Part shown: positions 32,254-41,919 of the stretch, one piece after another
Position numbering within the stretch: position 1 is the stretch's first letter
Layout: each line of letters starts with the position of its first letter
Assembly: GCA_963710375.1 (NCBI GenBank)
Contig: CAVPZX010000002.1
Location: 864,001 to 928,000, forward strand
Reading direction: 5' to 3'
From: Nitrospirota bacterium
GTDB taxonomy: Bacteria > Nitrospirota > Thermodesulfovibrionia > Thermodesulfovibrionales > Dissulfurispiraceae
DNA: 64,000 nucleotides
Position numbers and translations under genes: made by a program
Notes under the pieces: generated by a model
What the model saw: only the letters and a program-made list of their open reading frames with translations
Database searches by the model: none
What the model was told of the DNA's origin: nothing

Positions 32254-32758
32254 TGTGTTTACCTCCTTGCATAAAAAGTAAAGTATCAGAATTCCGGGTG
32301 CATCAAAAAAAAATAGCCACAGAGCTAAAAGTCCCCGTGGCAATCGCTAGTGTGCGTTAACAAACCTCTGAACCTTCTTTTAACATTATGGCATTAATAT
32401 GAATACAATAGCAAATAGCAAGGAATGCTTTTGCAATGAGCAAGGGAAAAATGTTCAATAAAATGCCAGCTCAAAAACAATTTTGTCGTAGGTCGAAAAT
32501 CAGATAAATGTTTGAGTAACATTTATTGCCATTTGTTTGTCCTTGTTAATTACAACAGAATGGCTTAACTCTTTCCAGAACTGTTATTTCTATCGACACG
32601 GGGCAATTTAGAGCGCTTAAAACTTGAATGAGATCTTCAATTGAGCAGTTCTCCTTGTGCACCTTGCCGTTTTCCGCTTTTACAGTTGTTGCAATAATAT
32701 CCAGAGTGTTATTTCTCATCTCTTTTTCTCCTTTTTGTTTTGGTTATACGCATTCTGC

Positions 32759-33100
32759 TCAATCCTGAGACCTGATCCGGATAATCTGCCTCGCAATCCG
32801 TCTCATTTCTGCCAGTCGTTCCGGTTCAATTTTCGATGGCTTTCCCATCAGCATCTTCCAATTGTATCCTGCTAAGAATCCTCCGATTGATCCAGCAACA
32901 AGGAAAACAAAGAGCAGCATGTCTCCCTGGTCAGTGTTAATGAGCGGTTTATGTGCTTCCCTCCCATGTTCCTTCGCTATTTTTTGAACGACCGATTCAT
33001 CTACACCAGTCCATTTCTCTTCATCAGCAATAGCGATCGATAGATTGCAAATCATAAACAAGATTACAAAAAATATAGTTGAAGCAGTCAGAGTTTTCAT
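32759..33100 (-). CDS. Cobalt ECF transporter small subunit (CbiN-like)
   Basis: Two TM segments with WTGVDE motif; overlaps the end of cbiM. Confidence 0.7.
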   Translation of the reverse strand: MKTLTASTIFFVILFMICNLSIAIADEEKWTGVDESVVQKIAKEHGREAHKPLINTDQGDMLLFVFLVAGSIGGFLAGYNWKMLMGKPSKIEPERLAEMRRIARQIIRIRSQD

Positions 33101-33870
33101 ATTGTCACCTCGCTAGGCTTTATCACTCTCATTTTTATAAGAAGGTCAGGCCGCCTCTTGGCGAGCAGGACTACCACACCTGCGGTCATTGCACCTTCCA
33201 GAATTCCCAGAGGTAACTGTGTCGGGATAAAGGAAATAACTATTTTTATGAAAATGGGCATAAATGGATCAGCACCTTTTATGCCTGCAGCAAGCATAAT
33301 AGATGTGCCAAGGTAGGTTGCCCAGTCGGCAAATAGCCCTGCAAAGAAGCCTGCAACCGACATGCTGACCCTCAGCGCCCTTAATGCCTTGAACGTCCCA
33401 TATCCGGCAAATGATCCCATTATTCCCATAGAAACAATATTGGCTCCCCACGTACTCAAACCACCATGAGAAAGGAAAAGCGCCTGAATAAGAAGGGCCA
33501 CTGCGGTAATAAGGATGCTGATGGGTGGACCGAGCAGTATGGCGGACATTCCAGTTCCACAGGGATGGGAGCATGTGCCTGCCGTAGGAACAGGAATCGG
33601 CATGCAGGAGATAATAAAGACCATCGCAGCCATAAGTCCTACCAGAGGTTTGAAGGAGATATCTGTAGAAGATATTTTCTTTAACCGCAACAACCCATAT
33701 GCCACAAATGGCGCGGCTAAAGCAAACCATAATACGCACCAGTTCAAAGGCAGTATTCCCTCGGAGATATGCATGGCATAGGCGTTTGTTGCGGGGAGCA
33801 CTGATATGACAGCCCCCAAAAAAGCTAATCGGTAAAGATTACTGCTTAATGCCGTTTTAAAGCTTTTCAT
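33097..33870 (-). CDS. cbiM: Cobalt ECF transporter S component
   Basis: Signal peptide then MHISEG; SHPCG; QALFLSHGGL. Confidence 0.92.
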   Translation of the reverse strand: MKSFKTALSSNLYRLAFLGAVISVLPATNAYAMHISEGILPLNWCVLWFALAAPFVAYGLLRLKKISSTDISFKPLVGLMAAMVFIISCMPIPVPTAGTCSHPCGTGMSAILLGPPISILITAVALLIQALFLSHGGLSTWGANIVSMGIMGSFAGYGTFKALRALRVSMSVAGFFAGLFADWATYLGTSIMLAAGIKGADPFMPIFIKIVISFIPTQLPLGILEGAMTAGVVVLLAKRRPDLLIKMRVIKPSEVTI

Positions 33871-33911
33871 AATGATCCTCTCCTTGTATTTGTCATTTGA
33901 TATATCATGTA

Positions 33912-35513
33912 TTAATAGCTCATGCGAAAACGCATAGAATACACGGCTGCCGGGCCGCGATCACGGTTATATCCGGGATTAACAATGTACTGGAAATCGG
34001 GTGAAACCTGAACATATTTTCCGATCTGGATGCGATAGTAGGCTTCCAGTATCTGTTCGAGCCCATAATCCAGTCTACCGTCACCCAACAACATGCCGAG
34101 GCCACCGTCTGATAGATAATTTTTGTGCTCGGATGACAGGCCATCAACCGCATAGGCAATTCCCAAATGGTCTTCGCTACGCGTCCAATGTATTCCGCTT
34201 ATCTGCACTCCGGCACTCAACTCACGGTCAACTTCGGTATAGCTAAAAGTCTCATTATGTCCGTCATTCCAGCCAAGTCTGCCAAAAATACCTGTCTCCC
34301 CGTTATCCGCTAGGGGTTGCTCAAAATTCAATCCGAAACCGTATTTGGTGCGTCCAGGCTTCTCGTCATCTAAAGTACTGGGTATTGTAGAAGTGGCATT
34401 CCCAAGCGCTATTGCATCTGCATAGTTGCCCATGCGTCCCTGATTAAGATAGGTGAGAATACGTATCACTGTGCCCAGATCATTCGGCTTGAGAGAAAAT
34501 TCGAGGTTACTTCCCTGGGCTCGAAGAATGTGTTCATCAAATATATTGCCGTTGGCCGTAGTCGCTACCTCATAGCTGCCAAATGCCAGTCTCCATTTTG
34601 GTTGAAAGAGAGATGCGACAAAGCCATAGGTGTAGCCCCGGGTATCCCCGGCATAATCCCATGCGGTGTTATTGATAAAAGAATAGTTGAGAAACTGGGT
34701 GCGCGTGTTGTTTGCATAGCTGTTCAGGTCGAAATCATCTGCTACCGACAATTTACCTGCCTTTAGCTCTAACCGGCTGATAGGCTCATCTCCCGGCAAC
34801 TGGTCTTGTCCGCGCTCCATCTTCTCTGTCTCTGATGCCAGTGCATAGTAGTAGCGCAAATAGGCACGGGCTACGTATGGGCCGGTGCCTAAATCTACCG
34901 TGCCTGTCCTTATGACATCGCCATTGGTGTATCCGCCAAGGCCCTGACCCTTGCTTATTCCAGATCCTTTGGCCATTTCAATATCAACATATCCCTGAAG
35001 CGAAGGGAGCACTTGAGAGCCAAGGTATACTCCATAGATATGTGTGATGTTGTGTCCCAAGCCCCCATCAGTCCTGAAACTGTGATCTCCTTCGTATGGG
35101 CTGTGAAAGCCTGGCACATTTTGGTATATGCCGTTAAACTGCAGCCCTAGTACTTTGGGTATCCATAGTGGCTGCTGTTCTGTTTTTTGTTCAGGCTGCT
35201 GTTCAGCAGGCGCCTTCTCCACAACTTTCTCAGGAACCACCGCAGGCGGATCTTTTTGCTGCTCCGACAGCTCTTTGCTTATTTCTGGATGCATTGTAAG
35301 AATACGTTGCATAATATCAAGCAGCTCTTGTTTCGATTTTTGACCTAGTTGGTTTTCAGTAACAGCAGACTGCCCGCTGTAGGAGTCTGCGTAGACCGGC
35401 GATATGAGGGCGGGCAAGTGAGGGCACGCGAGCAAAAGCAAGGCAATGATGGTAGGCCCCGACAAGTCGAAAGACAAGCGCTTTCGCTGCTGATAGTGGT
35501 TCAAAACAGACAT
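33912..35513 (-). CDS. OprB/carbohydrate-porin family outer-membrane porin (metal-uptake type)
   Basis: Beta-strand pattern, NNTAWDYAGDTRGY, PDFQYIVNPGYNRDRGP, aromatic C-terminus. Confidence 0.85.
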   Translation of the reverse strand: MSVLNHYQQRKRLSFDLSGPTIIALLLLACPHLPALISPVYADSYSGQSAVTENQLGQKSKQELLDIMQRILTMHPEISKELSEQQKDPPAVVPEKVVEKAPAEQQPEQKTEQQPLWIPKVLGLQFNGIYQNVPGFHSPYEGDHSFRTDGGLGHNITHIYGVYLGSQVLPSLQGYVDIEMAKGSGISKGQGLGGYTNGDVIRTGTVDLGTGPYVARAYLRYYYALASETEKMERGQDQLPGDEPISRLELKAGKLSVADDFDLNSYANNTRTQFLNYSFINNTAWDYAGDTRGYTYGFVASLFQPKWRLAFGSYEVATTANGNIFDEHILRAQGSNLEFSLKPNDLGTVIRILTYLNQGRMGNYADAIALGNATSTIPSTLDDEKPGRTKYGFGLNFEQPLADNGETGIFGRLGWNDGHNETFSYTEVDRELSAGVQISGIHWTRSEDHLGIAYAVDGLSSEHKNYLSDGGLGMLLGDGRLDYGLEQILEAYYRIQIGKYVQVSPDFQYIVNPGYNRDRGPAAVYSMRFRMSY

Positions 35514-35568
35514 GTAATACCTCCTGAAAGAAAAATAAACAATTTTTTATCTATCTATTGTTGACGAT

Positions 35569-35587
35569 ATTGATAATAGTTATCAAT
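35569..35587. promoter_or_regulatory. Fur-family box
   Basis: ATTGATAATAGTTATCAAT, near-perfect 7-1-7 TGATAAT-n-ATTATCA, about 55 bp upstream of the porin. Confidence 0.6.
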
Positions 35588-35875
35588 TAGAACACACCAG
35601 CATATTAGTTGTCAAGCAAATTATAATGCTCTGCTTTATTCTTTTCCGAAAGCGGTTATGACGGTTGGTCATAGAGTCTTTTCCCCTTTCTCCTGAAAAT
35701 AAAAAAATCCCCAAGGCAAAAATGCCCTGAGGATTGCACCCTGATTTACTTCATCCTCTTTCCTGCCAGCCACGGCAAGGAGTGGTAATGGGTGAAATGT
35801 TGATTGGAAAACGGGGGTATGCTAGAGCATTGCCTGAATGAACTTCCCGTCACCAGCAACATATCACTGAGTCTC

Positions 35876-36040
35876 ACAGGCAGGTCTTCTGGCTTCCGGA
35901 TCTCCCTATTTGCCGGCCTTCCCGGAGTTTTCCTCCAGTGGCTCAGTCGGCTTTCGTCCCCGGTTACAGCGGCGGGCCCGCTCCCGAATCAGCGTTTCCG
36001 CCCCACGGGATTCCCTATTAATCCTTACGGCACCTGAGAT
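35876..36040 (-). ncRNA. Cobalamin riboswitch
   Basis: Minus strand AGGTGCC...AATAGGGAA...GCCCGCCGCTGTAA...GCCACTG...GGGAAGG...AGCCAGAAGACCTGCC (B12 box); upstream of porin-cbiM-cbiN. Confidence 0.93.
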
Positions 36041-36071
36041 TGTCTTTTATAATACTTCAGTGGAACTTTTG

Positions 36072-36449
36072 TCAACGTGGTCGCATCGTGGGGGGCCTAA
36101 TTACAGTTGCATTATTCGGAATTGTATAATGGAGATTCGGCATTTTCCTCGGATTAGGCCAAACCTTTTCCGGGTCTTTCAGAAACCTTGCGACCCATTC
36201 ATTGTCACGTGAACTCATGACCTTTGTTACATCCGGGGCATAGTAACCCCCGATCCCAAGAATCGTATGGCAGTCATTGCAATTATGCTTTTGCCATGTC
36301 CACTTGCCTGCAGCAACGTGGGCATCCAGTTTTGCTTCCTGCGTTCTTTTCGGCATCTGCACCAGAGAGTCGTAGGTGAGAACGAGGAAGATCACAGCGG
36401 AAATCAAGGTGCCCCAAATAAAGATTGCCTTCCCTTGCGACAGCGTCAT
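36072..36449 (-). pseudogene. Truncated NorC-like membrane-anchored cytochrome c
   Basis: TM anchor, GKWTWQKHNCNDCHTILGIGGYYAPD, RKMPNL, then loss of similarity; no norB follows. Confidence 0.7.
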
Positions 36450-36533
36450 AGTTCCTCCTTTGTTGTTAGGCGAGTTTGAGCCCACCCTACCTCAAACGAA
36501 CAATTCACTTTAACACTTATTGTTCGACAAAAG

Positions 36534-36549
36534 TATGATCTGGATCATA
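36534..36549. promoter_or_regulatory. CRP/FNR-family (HcpR-like) binding site
   Basis: TATGATCTGGATCATA palindrome between the divergent norC-like and hao-like genes. Confidence 0.55.
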
Positions 36550-36611
36550 CTCAAATGGGGAGATTGTAACATATACTCAAACTTGATAAACTTATAAAAA
36601 AAGGAGGCTTT

Positions 36612-37958
36612 ATGAAGCGGAAAACATTTTCGGGGATAATGGCTCTCTTGTTTTTTTGCATGGTGATCGTTCTGGGTGAGGGAACAGTAAAAGCAGCGAA
36701 GATTGAGGTTTCCAAAGAAGGCCAGGAGTGCATCGGGTGTCACAATTCGCAATCACCGTCATTGGTGAAGGAATGGGAAATAAGCAGGCATGCTGAAAAG
36801 CAAGTTGACTGCTATAGTTGTCACAAGGCCGATAAATCAGACCCTGATGCAATGAATCATAACGGCTTTACTATAGCAGTGCTCGTCACACCTAAGCGTT
36901 GTTCAAGGTGCCATCAAAAAGAAGTCCGGGAGATGACAACTAGCCACCATGCCATGGCTGGAGATATCCTTAATTCACTGGACAATTACCTTGGTGAAGT
37001 AGTTGGCGGGTCCGAAGCGGTTGCAGTCGGCTGCCTGCAATGCCACGGGGGAAAGGTCAAGGTGCTTGCTAACGGAAAACTCGATACCAACAGCTGGCCA
37101 AACACCGGCATCGGACGTATCAACCCGGATGGTTCAAAAGGTTCATGTTCAGCCTGCCATACAAGACATAACTTTTCAAAGGCCCAGGCGAGGGAGCCAC
37201 AGACCTGCGGCAAATGCCATCTCGGTCCCGACCATCCGCAGATCGAGGTCTATCAGGAATCGAAGCACGGCATTCTCTATAAAGCCAACAAGGAACGGCT
37301 GAATATGCACAATGATTCCTGGGTCGTAGGAAAAGACTACACTGCTGCCCCGACATGCGCGACCTGCCACATGAGCGCAACGCCGGACCAGCCTGTAACC
37401 CATGATGTAGGGGCAAGAATCAGCTGGACACTCAGGCCGCCGATATCGAAGAAACTCGAAAATGCAGATAAACGCCGCGAGAACATGAAAGATGTATGCT
37501 ACAGCTGCCATTCAGCCCCATATGTGGAGGGTTTCTATAAGCAGTTCGACAACCTCGTGATTTTTTATAATGATAAATTTGCGGTTCCTGCAACGAAGAT
37601 AATAACTGAACTCAAGGCAAAGGGCAAAATACCCAAATCGGATTTTAGCAGCAAGCTCGACTGGGTTTACTTCGAGCTGTGGCATCATGAGGGAAGACGC
37701 GCGCGCCACGGTGCAGCAATGTCCGGTCCTGATTATGCATGGTGGCACGGTATCTATGATGTTGCAAAAAATTTCTACTCTGAATTCCTGCCTGAGGTAA
37801 AAAACGTGGCCGGTCCGGAGTTGTACGCTGAACTTACTAAAAAATATCTCGAACCTGATGTGCGGCACGAATGGTATCTCAAAGGGATGAGCAAGGAACA
37901 GCTAGAGAAGATAAAAAAGTTTTACGAAGAGAGGTACGGTGGAGCAAACGCAAAATAG
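36612..37958 (+). CDS. Octaheme hydroxylamine oxidoreductase-family cytochrome c
   Basis: Signal peptide, 8 CxxCH motifs, GPDHPQIE, HHEGRRARHGAAM, PDYAWWHG. Confidence 0.9.
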   Translation: MKRKTFSGIMALLFFCMVIVLGEGTVKAAKIEVSKEGQECIGCHNSQSPSLVKEWEISRHAEKQVDCYSCHKADKSDPDAMNHNGFTIAVLVTPKRCSRCHQKEVREMTTSHHAMAGDILNSLDNYLGEVVGGSEAVAVGCLQCHGGKVKVLANGKLDTNSWPNTGIGRINPDGSKGSCSACHTRHNFSKAQAREPQTCGKCHLGPDHPQIEVYQESKHGILYKANKERLNMHNDSWVVGKDYTAAPTCATCHMSATPDQPVTHDVGARISWTLRPPISKKLENADKRRENMKDVCYSCHSAPYVEGFYKQFDNLVIFYNDKFAVPATKIITELKAKGKIPKSDFSSKLDWVYFELWHHEGRRARHGAAMSGPDYAWWHGIYDVAKNFYSEFLPEVKNVAGPELYAELTKKYLEPDVRHEWYLKGMSKEQLEKIKKFYEERYGGANAK

Positions 37959-37990
37959 GAGAAAGAAACAGGCGTTGTAACCAATAAAAG

Positions 37991-38638
37991 GTGCCGAAGA
38001 TGATAATGCTATCTCTCAATGTCGGCCTTCCGGCAAAAGAGATATTTTTTGGGAAAGAGGTGATAACAGGCATCTGCAAAAAGCCTGTTATGGGTCCGGT
38101 GCATCTCGGGAAGACAGGTTTTGCCGGCGACGGAGTTGCGGACCTAAAAAACCATGGGGGCCTTAACAAGGCGGTTTGTGTGTATGGCGCCAATCATTAT
38201 CCTTACTGGGAGGAAGTCCTTAAAACGGTCCTGCCTCCGGCTCCGTTTGGCGAGAACCTCTCACTTTCTATCGTTGATGAGGCTGCAGTATGCATCGGTG
38301 ATATTTTTCAACTGGGGACTTCATTAGTTCAGGTAAGCCAGCCCAGGCAGCCGTGCTCAACCCTTGCGGCGAGGTATGGCAGGAGCGATATGGTGAAGCT
38401 TGTTGTCGATTCCGGCAAGACCGGGTACTATTTCAGGGTGCTTGAAGAGGGGATTGTGGAAACCGGAAATGCTCTTATTCTGAAGGAAAGCGATCGTAAC
38501 GGTATAACTGTTTCTTTCGCTAATTGGATTTACCATCACGACAGAAGAAACCGGGAGGGAATAAAAAAGGTTTTAGCCATTGAGGCTCTCTCATCGTCGT
38601 GGCGCGAATCATTTATTAAATTGAGAGAAGGGCTTTAG
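37991..38638 (+). CDS. MOSC domain protein (YiiM-like)
   Basis: GD..ADLKNHGG..KAV, FGENL, SQPRQPC, TGYYFRVLEEG, 3-alpha tail. Confidence 0.92.
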   Translation: MPKMIMLSLNVGLPAKEIFFGKEVITGICKKPVMGPVHLGKTGFAGDGVADLKNHGGLNKAVCVYGANHYPYWEEVLKTVLPPAPFGENLSLSIVDEAAVCIGDIFQLGTSLVQVSQPRQPCSTLAARYGRSDMVKLVVDSGKTGYYFRVLEEGIVETGNALILKESDRNGITVSFANWIYHHDRRNREGIKKVLAIEALSSSWRESFIKLREGL

Positions 38639-38711
38639 GTAATCATGTCTGCCATATGCCTGAAACCCGCAGGTCTTGTCTCGAAGGGGAGAAAAGACTG
38701 CACGATGGGGA

Positions 38712-39254
38712 CTAAACCCAGAATTCGGGATACCTTCTCGCTTTAGGTATATTATTTACCAAAAGAGCGACCAGGAGCATAATCACTGCGCCTGCACCCG
38801 CAGGAAGAATTGCATATAAATATCCAAGCTTATGAACGCTCTCACCCCCTATAACTGCAATGAGGGCTGTTGCTCCGCCAGGGGGATGCAGTGTTTTTGT
38901 AGTGTGCATCACGGCTATAGCCGTTGCAACTGCCAAAGGGGCGGCAAGCCAGATTTGATTATTGAACATCTGATAGGCAGCGACGCCGACAACCGCAGAA
39001 AGAATATGCCCGCCAACAAGATTTCGCGGTTGAGCCAGAGGACTCTTTATAGCACCGTAAATCAACACTGCTGAAGCGCCGAACGATCCTATTATCATGG
39101 TAAGCCCTGTGCCTTCCAAAAGCTTGTAACTGACCAGGGCAACTGTCGCTATGCCCAGAAAAGCACCTATCCATGACCATAGGACTTCAGAGACGCTTAC
39201 TGCGGGAGGGCTCTTGGTCGAGCCCTTCATCTTGTTCAGATATTCCTTGATCAT
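38712..39254 (-). CDS. HPP family membrane protein
   Basis: SFGASAVL, SPLAQPRN, LHPPGGATAL. Confidence 0.92.
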   Translation of the reverse strand: MIKEYLNKMKGSTKSPPAVSVSEVLWSWIGAFLGIATVALVSYKLLEGTGLTMIIGSFGASAVLIYGAIKSPLAQPRNLVGGHILSAVVGVAAYQMFNNQIWLAAPLAVATAIAVMHTTKTLHPPGGATALIAVIGGESVHKLGYLYAILPAGAGAVIMLLVALLVNNIPKARRYPEFWV

Positions 39255-39273
39255 ATGGAGCGGGGCATTGCAG

Positions 39274-39891
39274 TCACGTCCTGATCCTGACCGTAGAGCC
39301 ATGCACAATATCTGCTCTCGAAACAATACCGATGAGCGCCCCATGCTTATCCGTAACAGGCACCCTGTTTATTTTCTTTGCAGCGAAAATGCCTGCTATC
39401 TCCGTTACCGTTGTGTTTTCGTCAACAGTTATAGCCGGAGATTTCATTATGTCTTCGGCTTTCTTACAGCGGATCGGCATCGTAACACATCCCTCGCCTT
39501 TAAGACACTCTGCAACAACAGCCATGAAATTCATTTTGTCTTTGGCGCCCATATTTCCCAGAAAATCCTTTCCTGAAATGACCCCTGCTATTGTTCCGTC
39601 ATCTTCAACAACGGGCACACCGGAAATTCCCTTAGTGGCCATCACCTCGGCAACTTCCTTAAGAGGGGTCGATCTTCTGACTGCAAAAACCTCCCTTGTC
39701 ATTATGTCACGGGCCCTGACCGACCTCATGATTCTGTCTAAGGCGTGGCGATAGGCAAACTTGTAAATCTCTTTCAGGTCGGCAGGAGTGATGTCCAGAT
39801 AACCCTGGATATCCTTCATAGCCTCAAAAATATCATCATCCGATATTTCTATCTCCAGGGGGATGTCTTTCTTTTCTGTCGTATCGTCCAA
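39274..39891 (-). CDS. CBS domain pair protein
   Basis: Two CBS motifs (ISGVPVV; INRVPV...GIVSRAD). Confidence 0.9.
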   Translation of the reverse strand: MDDTTEKKDIPLEIEISDDDIFEAMKDIQGYLDITPADLKEIYKFAYRHALDRIMRSVRARDIMTREVFAVRRSTPLKEVAEVMATKGISGVPVVEDDGTIAGVISGKDFLGNMGAKDKMNFMAVVAECLKGEGCVTMPIRCKKAEDIMKSPAITVDENTTVTEIAGIFAAKKINRVPVTDKHGALIGIVSRADIVHGSTVRIRT

Positions 39892-39973
39892 TAGAGTTCT
39901 CCCTTAATAATTATCCGCTGCGCGCTGGATATTATAGTTTAATAACAAACATACTTACGCCTTTCTTCATGCC

Positions 39974-40441
39974 TTAAATCCATGCCTCCTGCAATATCTC
40001 TCCTTGCATACCTACCACCATATACTTGATAGGTACCTTTCTGTTGGCAGCCTGCGCGGCCTGCTCCGCGAGCCTCAATAACCCCGAACAGCATGGCACC
40101 TGCATTATCATTACAGTAAGGGTGTTTATATTAGCATCTTCGATCAGGCTTTTTATTTTGTCAACATAAATATCCTGCTCCACATCCAGCTTGGGACAAG
40201 CAATAGCCAGTGCCTTTCCTTGCAGGTAGTCGCTGTGGAAATTCCCGAGCGCGTAGGCTACGCAGTCAGCTGACAGCAGCACGTCAGCGCCCTGATAATA
40301 AGGCGCCAGCGGCGAGACCAGGTGCAGCTGCACAGGCCACTGCCTGAGCTCGGATTTTATCTTTGCGGCAGGAGCAACGTCCCTCGCTTCTTTTTCCTCG
40401 AAATATACCATCTTAGATCCGGGACATCCTTCGAATGCCAT
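39974..40441 (-). CDS. Cys-rich Fe-S-associated protein (lacks the N-terminal ferredoxin domain)
   Basis: GCPGS, LRQWPVQL, ADC, ACPKLD, MQVPCC. Confidence 0.7.
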   Translation of the reverse strand: MAFEGCPGSKMVYFEEKEARDVAPAAKIKSELRQWPVQLHLVSPLAPYYQGADVLLSADCVAYALGNFHSDYLQGKALAIACPKLDVEQDIYVDKIKSLIEDANINTLTVMIMQVPCCSGLLRLAEQAAQAANRKVPIKYMVVGMQGEILQEAWI

Positions 40442-40442
40442 T

Positions 40443-41240
40443 TTACTTTACCTCCTCATACTTATATTTCTCTTCCAGTGTTCTTACAAATGCCTCCTGT
40501 TTTTCACTTACATCCCTGAATTGACCGTCAACACTTGTGAACCTGCTAAACAGGCGGCCTATCTGAGAGGTTGAAAGATTCCTGTCCATCCAGGGATAAA
40601 GCACCTCATCCTCTCTCTTGATATGTCCTGTGAGAAGCTCTCTGTAACCCATAAAGTGTTCGCGCACCGACAGGTTATCATCTGTCTCCAGCGCATCAAG
40701 AATCGCTTTTACATGGCCCCGGCCTATCCTGTGGTCCTCATTGAAAATCTTCACCATCTCAAGATTCTCGTCGAACTCCTTAAAAAGGATGTCCTCTTCC
40801 TTGGCGTGATGATACCTGTCAGCATAAGAGCGGATAAAATCAATCGTGTCCAGAACCAACGCTCTGTCTTCAATCCGTGACACATCCAGATCCTCAATAA
40901 TGTTAGGGATCATCGCCAGCACTCTTTTTATAACAGTATGCTCATCCACCAGCCCCTGTATCGGGGGAGAACACTTTATTTCCCTTATTCCGGCGGAAGC
41001 GCTCCTTATCTCAGTTACGGGTATTTGGATATTCCTGTCAGGGTATATGATCCTGCTGATTCTTGCCATTAAAACTCTTTCCTCTTCTTGCGGCAGGTTA
41101 TGGACCTGAACGATATCCTTTAAAAGACAGGTGCCGACCCCGCACAAGGTACAGCCTATACTATGTTCATCGAGAATGGCGCCTATTGCAGGAAACTCGG
41201 TGATAACTTCTTTAATGCCTTTGCTTAGATATTTTTCCAT
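40443..41240 (-). CDS. Hemerythrin-domain protein with N-terminal Cys-containing domain
   Basis: DEH, HHAKEE, EDH and HIKREDEVLYP motifs; GIGCTLC. Confidence 0.88.
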   Translation of the reverse strand: MEKYLSKGIKEVITEFPAIGAILDEHSIGCTLCGVGTCLLKDIVQVHNLPQEEERVLMARISRIIYPDRNIQIPVTEIRSASAGIREIKCSPPIQGLVDEHTVIKRVLAMIPNIIEDLDVSRIEDRALVLDTIDFIRSYADRYHHAKEEDILFKEFDENLEMVKIFNEDHRIGRGHVKAILDALETDDNLSVREHFMGYRELLTGHIKREDEVLYPWMDRNLSTSQIGRLFSRFTSVDGQFRDVSEKQEAFVRTLEEKYKYEEVK

Positions 41241-41312
41241 GTCATCCGCCTTTGCTCACGTTTTTTTCTGGTATCCATGACTTTACTTTACACAACTTGC
41301 GAGGCCGTTAAC

Positions 41313-41407
41313 TATGACATAAGTCAAATTTTCAGTTTTTATTTTGCGCCAACCAAATCATATAATAAGATCGCATTCTACACCGCTGCTTTTTGACTTG
41401 TGTCAAG
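41313..41407. promoter_or_regulatory. Two CRP/FNR-family (HcpR-like) sites
   Basis: TATGACATAAGTCAAA (41313) and TTTGACTTGTGTCAAG (41392) between divergent genes. Confidence 0.55.
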
Positions 41408-41488
41408 GTCAGATATGTAGTCTCCTGATAAAATATAATTATGAAAGTGACAAGGATAGACTCTAATACCACTAAATAGGAGGATAAT

Positions 41489-41803
41489 ATGGAAGTGCTC
41501 AATCTCAAGCAGTTGATAAAATTTAGTCCTGACAAGATTTCAAGGGAAATGCTTTCCGACAAGCCTGAAATGCGCATAGCCTTGATGTGTCTTGATAAAG
41601 GGCAAAAACTCGATCCTCATAAAGCGCCGCTCAGGCTGCTTATGTACTGTGTAGAGGGGAAAGGTACTTTTACTATCGGCGATGAGCGCATAGAGGCAGA
41701 TGAAAAAACATGTATCCTCTGTGACCCTATGGTGCAGCACGGATTTGAGGCAAATAGGGGTGAAAAACTGGTAGTGATGGCGGTGGTAACACCAGCAGAA
41801 TAA
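41489..41803 (+). CDS. Cupin domain protein
   Basis: GQKLDPH...VEGKGTF...QHGF. Confidence 0.88.
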   Translation: MEVLNLKQLIKFSPDKISREMLSDKPEMRIALMCLDKGQKLDPHKAPLRLLMYCVEGKGTFTIGDERIEADEKTCILCDPMVQHGFEANRGEKLVVMAVVTPAE

Positions 41804-41919
41804 ACAGTTGGCAGCACATGACACCCGGGTACAATATGAGATAAAATATTATCAGAGATTGACATGAGCTGAAAAACTTTACTTTGCGGGGCGGAGAACA
41901 ATTCCGCCTTTTTCTTATC

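Noticed and set aside
32474..32492. ACAATTTTGTCGTAG as the partner end of the 6571 array
   Set aside because: Single weak site with no repeated sites or correctly placed ACA terminus
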